Virus record (IMG/VR): IMGVR_UViG_3300037780_000071
Coordinates: 1-27,011 of that record
Length of the DNA: 27,011 bases
Source of the DNA: a virus
Lineage: Duplodnaviria > Caudoviricetes
Direction: 5' to 3' (one strand)
Positions 7,906-16,590 of the stretch are shown here, in pieces (the stretch's first letter is position 1; each line of letters opens with the position of its first letter). The notes beneath the pieces were generated by a model that saw only the letters and a program-made list of their open reading frames with translations, did no database searches and was not told the DNA's origin. Made by a program: the position numbers and the translations under genes.

Positions 7906-8915
7906 GCGTCAAACTCCACTGGCACGATCAAGGAATCGCCAACCTCTACAACCGGCGATTCGAGATCGTTGGCATCGGCGATTTTCTCCCACAAGGTGAA
8001 ATCCTTGTAGTAAAGCCTCGCGATTGTCATCAGGGATTCGCCTTCGCGGACGATATGCGTTCTTGTCGAGGTTGGCTTGATCGCCTCGATGACGAGCCTA
8101 ATAAGCTCTGCGAGGCTTCGCTGTATCTGCGCCGATTGCCTGTCGATGTCATCTGACCAATCGCGCGATGCAACAGCTTTGACGCCTCCTGCCGTAGACA
8201 GGATGTCGAAAGTGGCAGCCTTCGTGCGCGCCCTGATGCCTTGCAGACCAAGCAAGGGCAGATAGGCAGCCTGCGCTGCCTGGCGTGCTATGTCGGCAGT
8301 GAGTTCAACCGTCGATGTGATGCCATCGAGGATGGTCAACACGTTCGCAATCTGCCCTTGTACTGCAAGGATCTTGGTCTGCATGTCGAGAAGGAACGCT
8401 TGCGCTGTATTCAACGGCGAGTTGAAAGAAAGCGCTGCCAGCGCATCGACTCGATCAACGAGCAGCGAGGCGCTATCTACCGGCGAGGTTCGCAGACTCG
8501 AAATAGGGATAAGCTCTGGAGGTTGGGACCAATACACATCAACCTTGATCTTCCATTCAACAAGATCATCTCGAATGTGATTCGCATCGAAATGGAGGAT
8601 TCCCCATCTTTGCCAAGTCAACCATTCAACGCGCACAATCTCGGATCGAGCGCGCATTGCCTCGAAGGCAGTGGCGAGTTGTTGCGCCCTGCCGTAATTG
8701 CCTGACTGCCTGTCATCCCACTTGCCAGAAACCTCGATCGGTTTGTAGGCATCGCCGAGATTCTGAACAGAAGCCTGATTCCTGCCGCCGTATCGCGTCG
8801 GTTTCGTGCGCGTTTCGCTTCCGAAGTTGATCGGCGAGTTTGGCAAGTCATAGAAGGATGCCAACTCGATAGATAGCGTTGGATCGACTGTCGATGTGAA
8901 GATCAATGCAGGCAT
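7902..8915 (-). CDS. Tail tube initiator with C-terminal LysM domain (P2 gpU+gpX / XkdP-like, 337 aa)
   Basis: C-terminal LysM HIVREGESLMTIARLYYKDFTLWEKIADANDLESPVVEVGDSLIVP; N-terminal tube-like segment (VQNLG...PIEVSGKW); directly after the tape measure gene. Confidence 0.85.
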   Translation of the reverse strand: MPALIFTSTVDPTLSIELASFYDLPNSPINFGSETRTKPTRYGGRNQASVQNLGDAYKPIEVSGKWDDRQSGNYGRAQQLATAFEAMRARSEIVRVEWLTWQRWGILHFDANHIRDDLVEWKIKVDVYWSQPPELIPISSLRTSPVDSASLLVDRVDALAALSFNSPLNTAQAFLLDMQTKILAVQGQIANVLTILDGITSTVELTADIARQAAQAAYLPLLGLQGIRARTKAATFDILSTAGGVKAVASRDWSDDIDRQSAQIQRSLAELIRLVIEAIKPTSTRTHIVREGESLMTIARLYYKDFTLWEKIADANDLESPVVEVGDSLIVPVEFDA

Positions 8916-8918
8916 ATC

Positions 8919-11036
8919 TTAGAATCCTTCCATTGGATCGATCTCGCCGATCGCATCCATTACTGACGTTCCGGTGATGTCCTCGAGGCGCAAGGCGACA
9001 CGATCAGGATCTGCCTCTGTGACAACATCGACGTTGTTTGTCACGCTGACGTTGATGTTAGGCGCTGCCTTTTTCGACAGCGTTTCGATCTCTTTATCCT
9101 GCCGTTGTTTCTCGAACTCTCGCAGGCGCCGATCTGCAAGCTCTGCGTATTCGCGATCTGACGCTTCCTTGCGTCTTTGTTTGCGCAAGTCGTATGCCTG
9201 GCGTTCCGCTTCCTTGCGCGCTTCCTCGGATTCAGCAAGGCGCCGAGTGAACGCATTCGATACAAAATCGCCGGTAACAGACATGATGCCGCCTGTTGAC
9301 GCCTGGCGCGCAATATCGCCAATGGCCATCGCTGCGCCCTGAAAGAATGCGATCAAGTGACTGAATGCAGTAGTAACCCTTTCAACAGCCTTCACTGCTG
9401 CGCCGAGGATGCCAACAACGCCAGTGCCAAGCCAATCAGCAAAGTCCTTCACTGCCTGCCCGAATCCGCTGCCGCCTCCTAAACCGAACTGCGCAGTAAT
9501 CGTATCCAACGCCAGGCGCAATTCCTCGATCGAGTTATGGAGGAAAACCGTTGCTTCGTTCGTGTTGTCTCGCAGCACGCGCATCGTTCCTGCGATCATT
9601 CCGAGGACGATAAGCAAGGGCGCTGCGACAACGCCAATCTTTGCGAACGCGATGCTTGCGCCTTTGATCGCAGGTAAGGCTGCCAGAGCGCCTTTCTTCA
9701 TCAATCCAGGCAGGAACATCAACGCTTGTGCGCCTGCGCCTGCTACTGCCCTTCCTGCGCCTCCTGCGCGCGCTATGGTGTTGATTCCTCGCGCGCGCAT
9801 CATCCCTGCGCCTGCTCGAAGCCTGCCAGGCGCTGCGCGCGTCCTATCGTAAATGCCGCCTGTCCCTGCCAGCGCAAATATGGCATCGCCAGCGAGTGAA
9901 CCGAGGCGCCCTGGCGCAGCACGCAACGCGCCTGCGCCTCGAGACAATCCGGCAGCGCCTCGAGATACAACCGAGGATGCGCCAGCGCCGATCCCTGTAG
10001 GCGTAACCATTCCTCCGAGTGAGGTTGCGCCAAGCAAGGCAACGGTTTTCTTCATGGCAACGCCAGTGCCAAGCGCGAGGAAGATCTTCAGGTTATCAGT
10101 CACGAAACCGATCATCCTGCGCACGTTCCACCATGCATCGTATAGTCCCTCCCCTACTGCCTCGGCGAAGGACTTGATCTTTTCTTCGTTTCTTTCGATG
10201 AAAAGCAACCCTTCACGAAAACCATCCTTCATCGCTCCAAACAAGGGATTAAACCCTGTTTTCAGCGTATCGTTGGCGCGCTGTTTCAGCGTGCCAAACA
10301 TGCCGGTTATCGTGTTCCCGAATGCCTTGTTTGCTTCGTCTGTGTCCTTCAGGACATCGTTTAGGGCGAGGAAAACCTTTTCGGGATTCGATTGCGCGAT
10401 TTTGTTGAATTGCTGCGTTGCTTTGTCACCGGCAGCGGTGATTTCCAGAGCGTCAAAAAGCTGTCCTCGAAGATTCGAGAAGAGCTTGTTGTCTGCGCCT
10501 CCCTGCCCTGCGAGGATCTGCGACAAATCGCGCCCTGTCTGATCAATATCGCCACCTCCAAGCGTGAAGGCTGCTGCAAGTCCTCGCCCTGCGAACTGAG
10601 TGATCATTTTATCGTCAGGATTGAACTTGGCGAGTTGTGGCGCTGTCGCCTGAAAGATCGTCAGGAAATCGCGCCCTTCGCCTGGCGACAGCGCCGAGGC
10701 TCTATTAAACGACTCCATAAGGCGCCTTGCGCGCGTTAGGCCATCGTTGAATGTGTGAACCTTGTTGACGGCGAAAACAGTGGCGATCGAGATCTCGGCG
10801 TTTTCAGCCTCGCTGGCAAGCCTGCCAACATGCCTCGCCAATAATCCGATGCCGCCGATGATCGCTGCGCCTGCGACAGACTTTAGCGTCGAGGATAGGC
10901 CAGAAAACGAGTGATTCGCATCCTTCGCCTTCTGATCGACACGATCGGCAGACTGCGCAAGCCTGTCCACATTGCCAGTTGCTTGCGCAGTGTCTGCCTC
11001 ATATTTCGCTCTGATTTTGTAGAGTGTGCCGATCAT
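8919..11036 (-). CDS. Tape measure protein (705 aa)
   Basis: Ala/Gly-rich helical protein with hydrophobic segments. It is the longest tail gene and follows the frameshifting chaperone. Confidence 0.9.
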   Translation of the reverse strand: MIGTLYKIRAKYEADTAQATGNVDRLAQSADRVDQKAKDANHSFSGLSSTLKSVAGAAIIGGIGLLARHVGRLASEAENAEISIATVFAVNKVHTFNDGLTRARRLMESFNRASALSPGEGRDFLTIFQATAPQLAKFNPDDKMITQFAGRGLAAAFTLGGGDIDQTGRDLSQILAGQGGADNKLFSNLRGQLFDALEITAAGDKATQQFNKIAQSNPEKVFLALNDVLKDTDEANKAFGNTITGMFGTLKQRANDTLKTGFNPLFGAMKDGFREGLLFIERNEEKIKSFAEAVGEGLYDAWWNVRRMIGFVTDNLKIFLALGTGVAMKKTVALLGATSLGGMVTPTGIGAGASSVVSRGAAGLSRGAGALRAAPGRLGSLAGDAIFALAGTGGIYDRTRAAPGRLRAGAGMMRARGINTIARAGGAGRAVAGAGAQALMFLPGLMKKGALAALPAIKGASIAFAKIGVVAAPLLIVLGMIAGTMRVLRDNTNEATVFLHNSIEELRLALDTITAQFGLGGGSGFGQAVKDFADWLGTGVVGILGAAVKAVERVTTAFSHLIAFFQGAAMAIGDIARQASTGGIMSVTGDFVSNAFTRRLAESEEARKEAERQAYDLRKQRRKEASDREYAELADRRLREFEKQRQDKEIETLSKKAAPNINVSVTNNVDVVTEADPDRVALRLEDITGTSVMDAIGEIDPMEGF

Positions 11037-11365
11037 CCTTTGCTGCCCTTTTTCTCGAGTCGCGTTACTGCCTTCAAGGTATCAAACCATGAAAGCAATT
11101 CAGGTATAGGCAAGGATTCAAGCCAACCAAGCTGTTGTTTGCCATGCCTGCCGAGGATCATGCATCGCATATCAATAGCTTTCAGGATTTCTTTTTCTCG
11201 CCCTGGCATCGCCCAAACAGGGCGAGTGTAGGTTCTAAAGGCACACTTCAGATGCATCCTGCGCAGCGGTTCCCACAATTGCGGACTGACAGCATAGTCA
11301 TCCAACTTGTGGACATCGCGCGCTTCGCCATCGTCGTCTATCCATCGACGAGCGAGGACAAAAAA
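11033..11365 (-). CDS. Frameshift extension of the tail assembly chaperone (gpT-equivalent)
   Basis: The -1 frame is open from the slippery site at 11359-11365 (FVLARRWIDDDGEARDVHKLDDYAVSPQ...) into track ORF 11033..11305. It ends in an ATGA overlap with the tape measure start. Confidence 0.75.
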   Translation of the reverse strand, partial: FFVLARRWIDDDGEARDVHKLDDYAVSPQLWEPLRRMHLKCAFRTYTRPVWAMPGREKEILKAIDMRCMILGRHGKQQLGWLESLPIPELLSWFDTLKAVTRLEKKGSKG

Positions 11366-12105
11366 TCCTCGCGATCTCCTGCCGAGGATGACATTGCGTC
11401 TGACATGATCTGATACAGCGCAGACTGTTGTTTTTGCGTAAACACTGCATCGATGGCATCGCCTCGAAGATCGTTGTAATCGAGTTTACGATCGCCCTTC
11501 TGACGCACACACAAGCGAACGATATTGAGCTTGGTTTCGGATGAAACAACCAACTCGCCTCGCCTGTCGAATTGCCTGGCGATTTCTGATGCCCTGGCAA
11601 TGGTTTTCCTCGAAGGAACCTCGAAGACAACAGGGATCGTATCGAGGACTTCTTTGCCTTCTGCATCCTTGATCCAGCCTTTGCCAGTCGCCAGATCAAC
11701 GCGCCTCTTATGCCCTTCGCTGTCATAAACAGGAGTCAGCGTATCCAATGCTGCGCTAACCTCACCTTCTGTTGAAGTGGTCAAATGCATGAAGACATCC
11801 AACAACGTTCGCTGTTGTTTGGGAGAAAGATACTTGTCGATCTTGCTTCCCTCGAGGTTGCCATAGCCAACCGGATCATCGCCGATCCTCACAAGGCACA
11901 CTCGAAGTTGGTTGTATGCTGCCTCGGTTAACGCTGCCTGCTCGCCTCGAGACATATGCACTTTGGCAAACTCGAGTGCTGTGTTGTTGAGCGCGCGATT
12001 TGGCACCTTGAAGGCGACAGTTAGCTTTTCGTCACTGCCTTCGATGGCGAGTTTGCCTTGTTTGATGACATCTTGGATCTGCGCTGGCGCTTGGTTTTCA
12101 GACAT
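11338..12105 (-). CDS. Tail assembly chaperone (gpG-equivalent) with two tandem homologous domains
   Basis: Lies between tube and tape measure genes with a slippery heptamer near its 3' end. Start is 12105 (GGA 9 nt upstream) or 12114. Confidence 0.8.
   Translation of the reverse strand: MSENQAPAQIQDVIKQGKLAIEGSDEKLTVAFKVPNRALNNTALEFAKVHMSRGEQAALTEAAYNQLRVCLVRIGDDPVGYGNLEGSKIDKYLSPKQQRTLLDVFMHLTTSTEGEVSAALDTLTPVYDSEGHKRRVDLATGKGWIKDAEGKEVLDTIPVVFEVPSRKTIARASEIARQFDRRGELVVSSETKLNIVRLCVRQKGDRKLDYNDLRGDAIDAVFTQKQQSALYQIMSDAMSSSAGDREDFLSSLVDG
11359..11365 (-). other. Programmed -1 ribosomal frameshift site T TTT TTG
   Basis: In-frame GAG GAT TTT TTG TCC fits the X XXY YYZ pattern; six sense codons separate it from the TAG; the -1 frame stays open to 11033. 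Confidence 0.75.
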
Positions 12106-12131
12106 GATTTTCATTCCGTTGTTCGGTTAGT

Positions 12132-12168
12132 AAAAAGGCGCGCAAGGCACTGTTTACCTTGCGCGCCT
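12132..12168 (-). terminator. Rho-independent terminator after the tail tube gene
   Basis: mRNA GGCGCGCAAGG-9 nt loop-CCTTGCGCGCC-TTTTT: an 11-bp stem with a U tract. Confidence 0.85.
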
Positions 12169-12197
12169 GCCATATATTCGGCGATGTGCGAGGAAGA

Positions 12198-12644
12198 TTA
12201 AAGCTCGATCTCCTCGGCGAATCCAGACATGAACTCGACGGTTGTTTCTACGGCATCATTCTTACCGCTGATGCTCTCGCTGAAACCAAAGACGCAGTTA
12301 GGGTAAAGGTACGCCTTCGAGGATGCGATCTCGGGAACATAGATTGTTCTCACGATCTGGAATTTCGGCGTTCGCAGTTTGTCGCGCGCAGCGTTGCGGA
12401 TGCGCATTTTGATGTCATTCAGGACATGCGAGTCCACACGAAACGTCAGGTTGCCTGACTCGCCTTCGTACACTTGCGTAGTGTCCGCTTCGTATTCGCC
12501 GAGTCGGTTATCACGTTCGTTCGTGACATCCATATTGAAGTTGCCAGATGTCGGATTCCCGATGTTCTCGATCTGGATCGAGCCGTCATCTGCAATCGAG
12601 ACAACCTGGATTTGGATGTCCCTGCCCCTAGAAAAATCGCTCAT
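12198..12644 (-). CDS. Tail tube protein (148 aa)
   Basis: Directly after the sheath gene, with typical size, beta-rich pattern (ESGNLTF, YLYPNCVF, VETTVEF), purine-rich SD and a downstream terminator. Confidence 0.85.
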   Translation of the reverse strand: MSDFSRGRDIQIQVVSIADDGSIQIENIGNPTSGNFNMDVTNERDNRLGEYEADTTQVYEGESGNLTFRVDSHVLNDIKMRIRNAARDKLRTPKFQIVRTIYVPEIASSKAYLYPNCVFGFSESISGKNDAVETTVEFMSGFAEEIEL

Positions 12645-12717
12645 TTCACCTTTCCCTTTCTTGGCGCCTGCCTCGGCGCATTAGCCTGACGTTCGTTATT
12701 CAGTCTCGGCGCTTGCC

Positions 12718-14157
12718 TTATGCGGCAGCGCCGATCACATCCTCGATCACGATCGACTCGCCTGCCACAAGGTTGACGATCTGATAACGGATCTCGCCAT
12801 GGCGCAGGATCGCGAGTTGGTAAACGATCGAGTTGGCGACAGCGCCAGGCACAGCAACAACCCCTGCATCTTCGATGAATGACGTTTGCGGGATTTCAGG
12901 GTTGCCTTTCAGCGTCTTGATCGCGCTCTGCGCCTGCGCCAACGCTAGGCGCTTGTATGCCTGCATGTTTGGCTTGCCAGTGAATGGCGCGATGGCAGTG
13001 CCGATCGTCTTTGCTGCGATGTCAGTGACTCGCCTCGAGGAAATCAGCGGTTTGGTTGTGTCAGTCGTCAGATTTGCGTGAAACTTATAGGCGCCTCCCC
13101 CGAGGTTTTCGAGAAGGATGCCGCCTGCGTCATCTGCTGCAATCTGCGCTGCGCGCGACAAGTCCGATCCTGTCACTGGACCTAAAACGGACTTCAGGAG
13201 GCGCCTGCAAGCATCTTCATCGGCCAAACCGAAGTGAGGTGGCAAGGATGCCAACACTGACGCAGCGAAGGCTGTCATATGCACATCGTACACAGTGCCG
13301 TTGATGCGTTGCCTGACGCCATGAAGGCAAATGCCAAGCCTGTCATCGCTGACAGCGCCTGCGATGGCAGTTGCGGCATCGACATCGCTCAAATCAGCAT
13401 AATTGCCTTGCGTGAATCCGAAGGCTCGCTTTTCAGCGACAAAGGATTGCATCGCCGATGTGATCGCTGCCGAGGCGCGCTCTGCGATGAAAGCAATGGC
13501 GCTGTCTTCGCCTGCCTCGAGGATGCGCAAGCCTCGCACATCTGCGACGCCTCCAGTAAAGTCAGCGTCAACAAAAGTGCCGTCATCGCCTCCAGTGAGG
13601 TTAACAGCGCCTCCTGCATCCGAGGCTTCGAGTGTATCGCCAGTGCCAACAGTCTCGAAGACAAGATATTCATCCTCGAGATCTGCAACGGTTGCGAGTT
13701 CTGCGCCTGCGAAGGTTCGCTGATACCCGTTCCAAGTCACCGTAAAATCAAAGGTGTCATCACCGTTGTTCGTATATTCGATCGCGATCTCGTTTCCGAC
13801 TGCGCCAACATACTTCGCGGTTGCCTTGAATCCGTTGGCGCCGATCGTCCTCGAGGCTTTTGCGGCATCGGCAGCGACAGCGCGCACGATCTCGAGAATC
13901 GGGAAAAACTTGCCTGTCAGCGCCTTCACGCCTCCATAGGCAACAGGGTTGCTTGCCTTCCCAAACAAGGTATCGACAAGCGTTGGTGTGTCGCTGATGC
14001 GATGAATGACGTTCGGTTCACCCCATGGGAAATCACCGACAACTTGAACAACATTCGTGCCTTCGATGGTAGGCGCTTGCGGAACTTGTTGCTCGTTGAT
14101 GTAAGTGCCATCAGTGGCGAACCAATCGAGGGGATTGTTACTGTAGAAGATTCCCAT
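12718..14157 (-). CDS. Contractile tail sheath protein (479 aa)
   Basis: N-terminal DGTYINEQ (compare PGVYIEE), VVGDFPWGEPN, ATAKYVGAVGNEI, LTGGDDG and ISSRRVTD motifs of sheath proteins. Confidence 0.9.
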   Translation of the reverse strand: MGIFYSNNPLDWFATDGTYINEQQVPQAPTIEGTNVVQVVGDFPWGEPNVIHRISDTPTLVDTLFGKASNPVAYGGVKALTGKFFPILEIVRAVAADAAKASRTIGANGFKATAKYVGAVGNEIAIEYTNNGDDTFDFTVTWNGYQRTFAGAELATVADLEDEYLVFETVGTGDTLEASDAGGAVNLTGGDDGTFVDADFTGGVADVRGLRILEAGEDSAIAFIAERASAAITSAMQSFVAEKRAFGFTQGNYADLSDVDAATAIAGAVSDDRLGICLHGVRQRINGTVYDVHMTAFAASVLASLPPHFGLADEDACRRLLKSVLGPVTGSDLSRAAQIAADDAGGILLENLGGGAYKFHANLTTDTTKPLISSRRVTDIAAKTIGTAIAPFTGKPNMQAYKRLALAQAQSAIKTLKGNPEIPQTSFIEDAGVVAVPGAVANSIVYQLAILRHGEIRYQIVNLVAGESIVIEDVIGAAA

Positions 14158-14158
14158 T

Positions 14159-14725
14159 TTAGGATGCCTCGGTTTCGAGAGTGATAGTAAGGATCGGCTC
14201 TGTGCGAGTAACTACGATCGGCGCAGTCGCCATGCAAGTGAACAAATACGTGGCGTATCCTTCACTTGCGCTGTTTTGGTTTCTTTGTGCCTGGCGATTT
14301 ACGATGAATCGCGCGCGATGGCCATATCCTTCGCCTAAAGCGAGTTCAAGATCCCTTTCTTCGCCGTCGATCGAAGGATAGAAAATCTCTCGAATTTTCG
14401 CCAGTATCGAGGACAATTCGGTTTTTGACTTGGCGTAAATCCAAACCTGCAAGGGCAGATCTTCGAGGTAAGCGCGACGCTTCACGACGATCATGTTTCC
14501 CTGCCCATCAGGCGTTTCTGAAAGGATCTTTTTGTCATCGACTTCATCGCCTTCGCCTGACTCGATAACAACAGAAGGTAAGGCAAAGTCAGCGCGAGAA
14601 TCGCCAACATCTTGAACAGGCATACCTCGCTCAACCTTGCCAGTTGCAAACGCTGGCACACTCGCAAGCGCCGATTCGATGGCGCTTGCGAGTGCATCAA
14701 CAATCAATCCCTCGAGGTTAATCAT
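14159..14725 (-). CDS. Tail terminator/completion protein (188 aa)
   Basis: Directly before the sheath gene; LPSVVI and LQVWIYAKSKTELSSI patterns fit tail terminators. Confidence 0.65.
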   Translation of the reverse strand: MINLEGLIVDALASAIESALASVPAFATGKVERGMPVQDVGDSRADFALPSVVIESGEGDEVDDKKILSETPDGQGNMIVVKRRAYLEDLPLQVWIYAKSKTELSSILAKIREIFYPSIDGEERDLELALGEGYGHRARFIVNRQAQRNQNSASEGYATYLFTCMATAPIVVTRTEPILTITLETEAS

Positions 14726-15222
14726 TTCTTGCCCTGCGCTGCATTTCTTAGCTCAACTTCAACCATCAGGCGCGCAGTGCCAGCGAGGCGAGGCAGGTTG
14801 CGTTGCACCATATGATGCGCCTTCGTTCCCTTCTCGGCGATGCTATCCGCAATGCGCATCGCTCTGAATCTGATGTCAGCGTCAGCTTGTGAAATGTCTG
14901 TGATGTTCGTGCCTCGCCCTTCCTTCCTCGACAACCATTGGACGATCGGCAGTAATGGAGGGCGATGCGGCCTAGTGCCTTCCTCGAGGAAAAGAATATG
15001 CGGAGCATCGTTATCCAAAACTGCCCCATCAGGAGTGCGATACACTTGCCAGGCAGCGCGCGCATTGCCTCGATCGACTGGCGTTGCTTCTGCAACGATA
15101 GCCTCGCCGATCAAGGCGCCCTTGTAGAGTCCTCGCGCTATCGCCTTCGCAGCGCGCTTCGAGTCCGCTTTCAGGACTGCGCCGAAATCTGCGCTGTCTA
15201 CTGTGAACCGTTTCTCACTCAC
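14722..15222 (-). CDS. HK97 gp10-like neck/tail completion protein (166 aa)
   Basis: TPVDRGNARAAW and NDAPHILFLEEGTRPH correspond to the family motifs PVDTG.LR.S and N...YA..vE.GT; GTG start. Confidence 0.85.
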   Translation of the reverse strand: MSEKRFTVDSADFGAVLKADSKRAAKAIARGLYKGALIGEAIVAEATPVDRGNARAAWQVYRTPDGAVLDNDAPHILFLEEGTRPHRPPLLPIVQWLSRKEGRGTNITDISQADADIRFRAMRIADSIAEKGTKAHHMVQRNLPRLAGTARLMVEVELRNAAQGKK

Positions 15223-15596
15223 TCTCTTACCTCGAGATCTGCGCGCCTGAATGCAACCTCGCCATCCAATTCAAAAGGCAGGACGTTCATAACCTCGAAG
15301 ATCATGCCTTTCCATTCGATCCTGTCGCCTTTGCGCAAGATGTCATCAACGAAACCTGCGCGCCATTTGTCAGAAGATCTGTCACCGGCAGGCGTTTTCT
15401 TTCGCCTGCCGGAAACCTTGAAGACAGCAAGCGCGACATCCTCGCGCTCTTCATCGCGCGAATCATACTCGCCGAGGTAGTTTTGTACGCCTCCGCTGTA
15501 TCGCACTCGAACCGCATTCGGTTCTTCTGGAATCCAGGCGCGCACATTGTCTGCCGCAACGTTGCGCATGATTTCATATGGAAGCGTATAAGGCAC
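15219..15596 (-). CDS. Head closure/stopper protein (125 aa)
   Basis: Position in the neck module; LRKGDRIEWKGMIFEVMNV pattern of SPP1 gp16/lambda FII-like proteins; GTG start. Confidence 0.65.
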   Translation of the reverse strand: MPYTLPYEIMRNVAADNVRAWIPEEPNAVRVRYSGGVQNYLGEYDSRDEEREDVALAVFKVSGRRKKTPAGDRSSDKWRAGFVDDILRKGDRIEWKGMIFEVMNVLPFELDGEVAFRRADLEVRE

Positions 15597-15599
15597 ACC

Positions 15600-15833
15600 T
15601 TACCTCGATGTTCTAGGCCCTTGAAGGGGATTCGCGTTGTTCTCGGCAGCGCGCGAGCGTTTTAGTTCCATCATCCAATCTCGACGCGAGGCGCGCAATT
15701 CAGACATCTTGCCTTGCCAGGCAACAAAGTTGCCCTCGAAGGATTGCTGATTAGGGCGAGGACCAAGCGCCCTGATTTCATCGTCGATCTCACGAATGAT
15801 GGTTTCAATCTCGCTGACAGTGTAAAGGGACAT
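15600..15833 (-). CDS. Head completion/adaptor protein, lambda gpW-like (77 aa)
   Basis: Small helix-hairpin-helix pattern (IETIIREIDDEI...QQSFEGNFVAW...MSELRASRRDW) in the adaptor position. Confidence 0.55.
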   Translation of the reverse strand: MSLYTVSEIETIIREIDDEIRALGPRPNQQSFEGNFVAWQGKMSELRASRRDWMMELKRSRAAENNANPLQGPRTSR

Positions 15834-16495
15834 CAGAGCCTCTTATCTGGTGTTTGCGAGACTCGAGGATTCAGTTGCGCCATGCCTTGCGCTTTTAACT
15901 GAATCGCTCTGTCTCGAGTGACTTTGCGATGCGGAAACTTGCGCATCGATTCGAGAGGATTGATCACAAGGTCGCCGTTTTTGACAGGCTGCCCGATAGG
16001 GTGGCAAGTGATCCAGATGATCTCGTCATCATCTCCCAAAAGATGCGCGCTGCCACCGCTCTCGTCAACGCTGGCAGCCTCGGCGCCTTCTTTCGCATCA
16101 TCGGCGCTTGAATTGCCTTCTGTGCCTTCTGCTGCCTCCTGCGAGGTTTCAGGGTAGTATCGCGCTGCGATTTCCTCGATCGACATTTCTTTACCGTTTG
16201 GAACCGTCAAAGGCGCGATGGCATCCTCGACAACGATGCCGAGGCTATCGAGAGTCTCGAGGTTTTCCACGATCTTATCAGCGATAGATTCTGCGCTTCT
16301 GCCTCGGATCGACAGGCTTTCGCCCTTCTCGGATGCGAGCGCCTCGAGAGCTTTGCCAGCAAGGCGCACATCCTCGAAGGACATCTTATCGAGAGTCTCG
16401 CGCAATGCGTCGATGCGCTGCTGTTGTGAATCGACCTCGGTTGCTTCTGCGACTTCCTCGAGGCTCTCGGTTGCTTCCTTCGTTGCTTCAGACAT
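15833..16495 (-). CDS. Acidic hypothetical protein after the capsid gene, with a Rho-N/HeH-like helical motif (220 aa)
   Basis: AAGGAAGG SD; LDKMSFEDVRLAGKAL...SIRGRSAESIADKI resembles helix-extended-helix motifs often found after capsid genes. Confidence 0.6.
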   Translation of the reverse strand: MSEATKEATESLEEVAEATEVDSQQQRIDALRETLDKMSFEDVRLAGKALEALASEKGESLSIRGRSAESIADKIVENLETLDSLGIVVEDAIAPLTVPNGKEMSIEEIAARYYPETSQEAAEGTEGNSSADDAKEGAEAASVDESGGSAHLLGDDDEIIWITCHPIGQPVKNGDLVINPLESMRKFPHRKVTRDRAIQLKAQGMAQLNPRVSQTPDKRL

Positions 16496-16525
16496 TGCAG
16501 CCTTCCTTGTTGTTCGATGGATATG

Positions 16526-16558
16526 AAAAAGGCGCTGCGCGTTATGCGCAGCGCCTTT
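16526..16558 (-). terminator. Rho-independent terminator after the major capsid gene
   Basis: mRNA AAAGGCGCTGCGC-ATAAC-GCGCAGCGCC-TTTTT. Confidence 0.88.
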
Positions 16559-16590
16559 AAAGTCGCTGAAAAGCTAGGTTCGAGTCAAGA

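Noticed and set aside
11298-11726. 142 aa alternative-frame ORF overlapping the chaperone, a candidate +1 frameshift product
   Set aside because: It stops at 11298, only 40 nt past the chaperone stop. The -1 frame is the one with a canonical heptamer and continuity to the tape measure gene.
4109-14157. Possible tailocin or extracellular contractile injection system
   Set aside because: Terminase, portal, scaffold and capsid genes are present and intact in the same operon, so this is a head-bearing phage.
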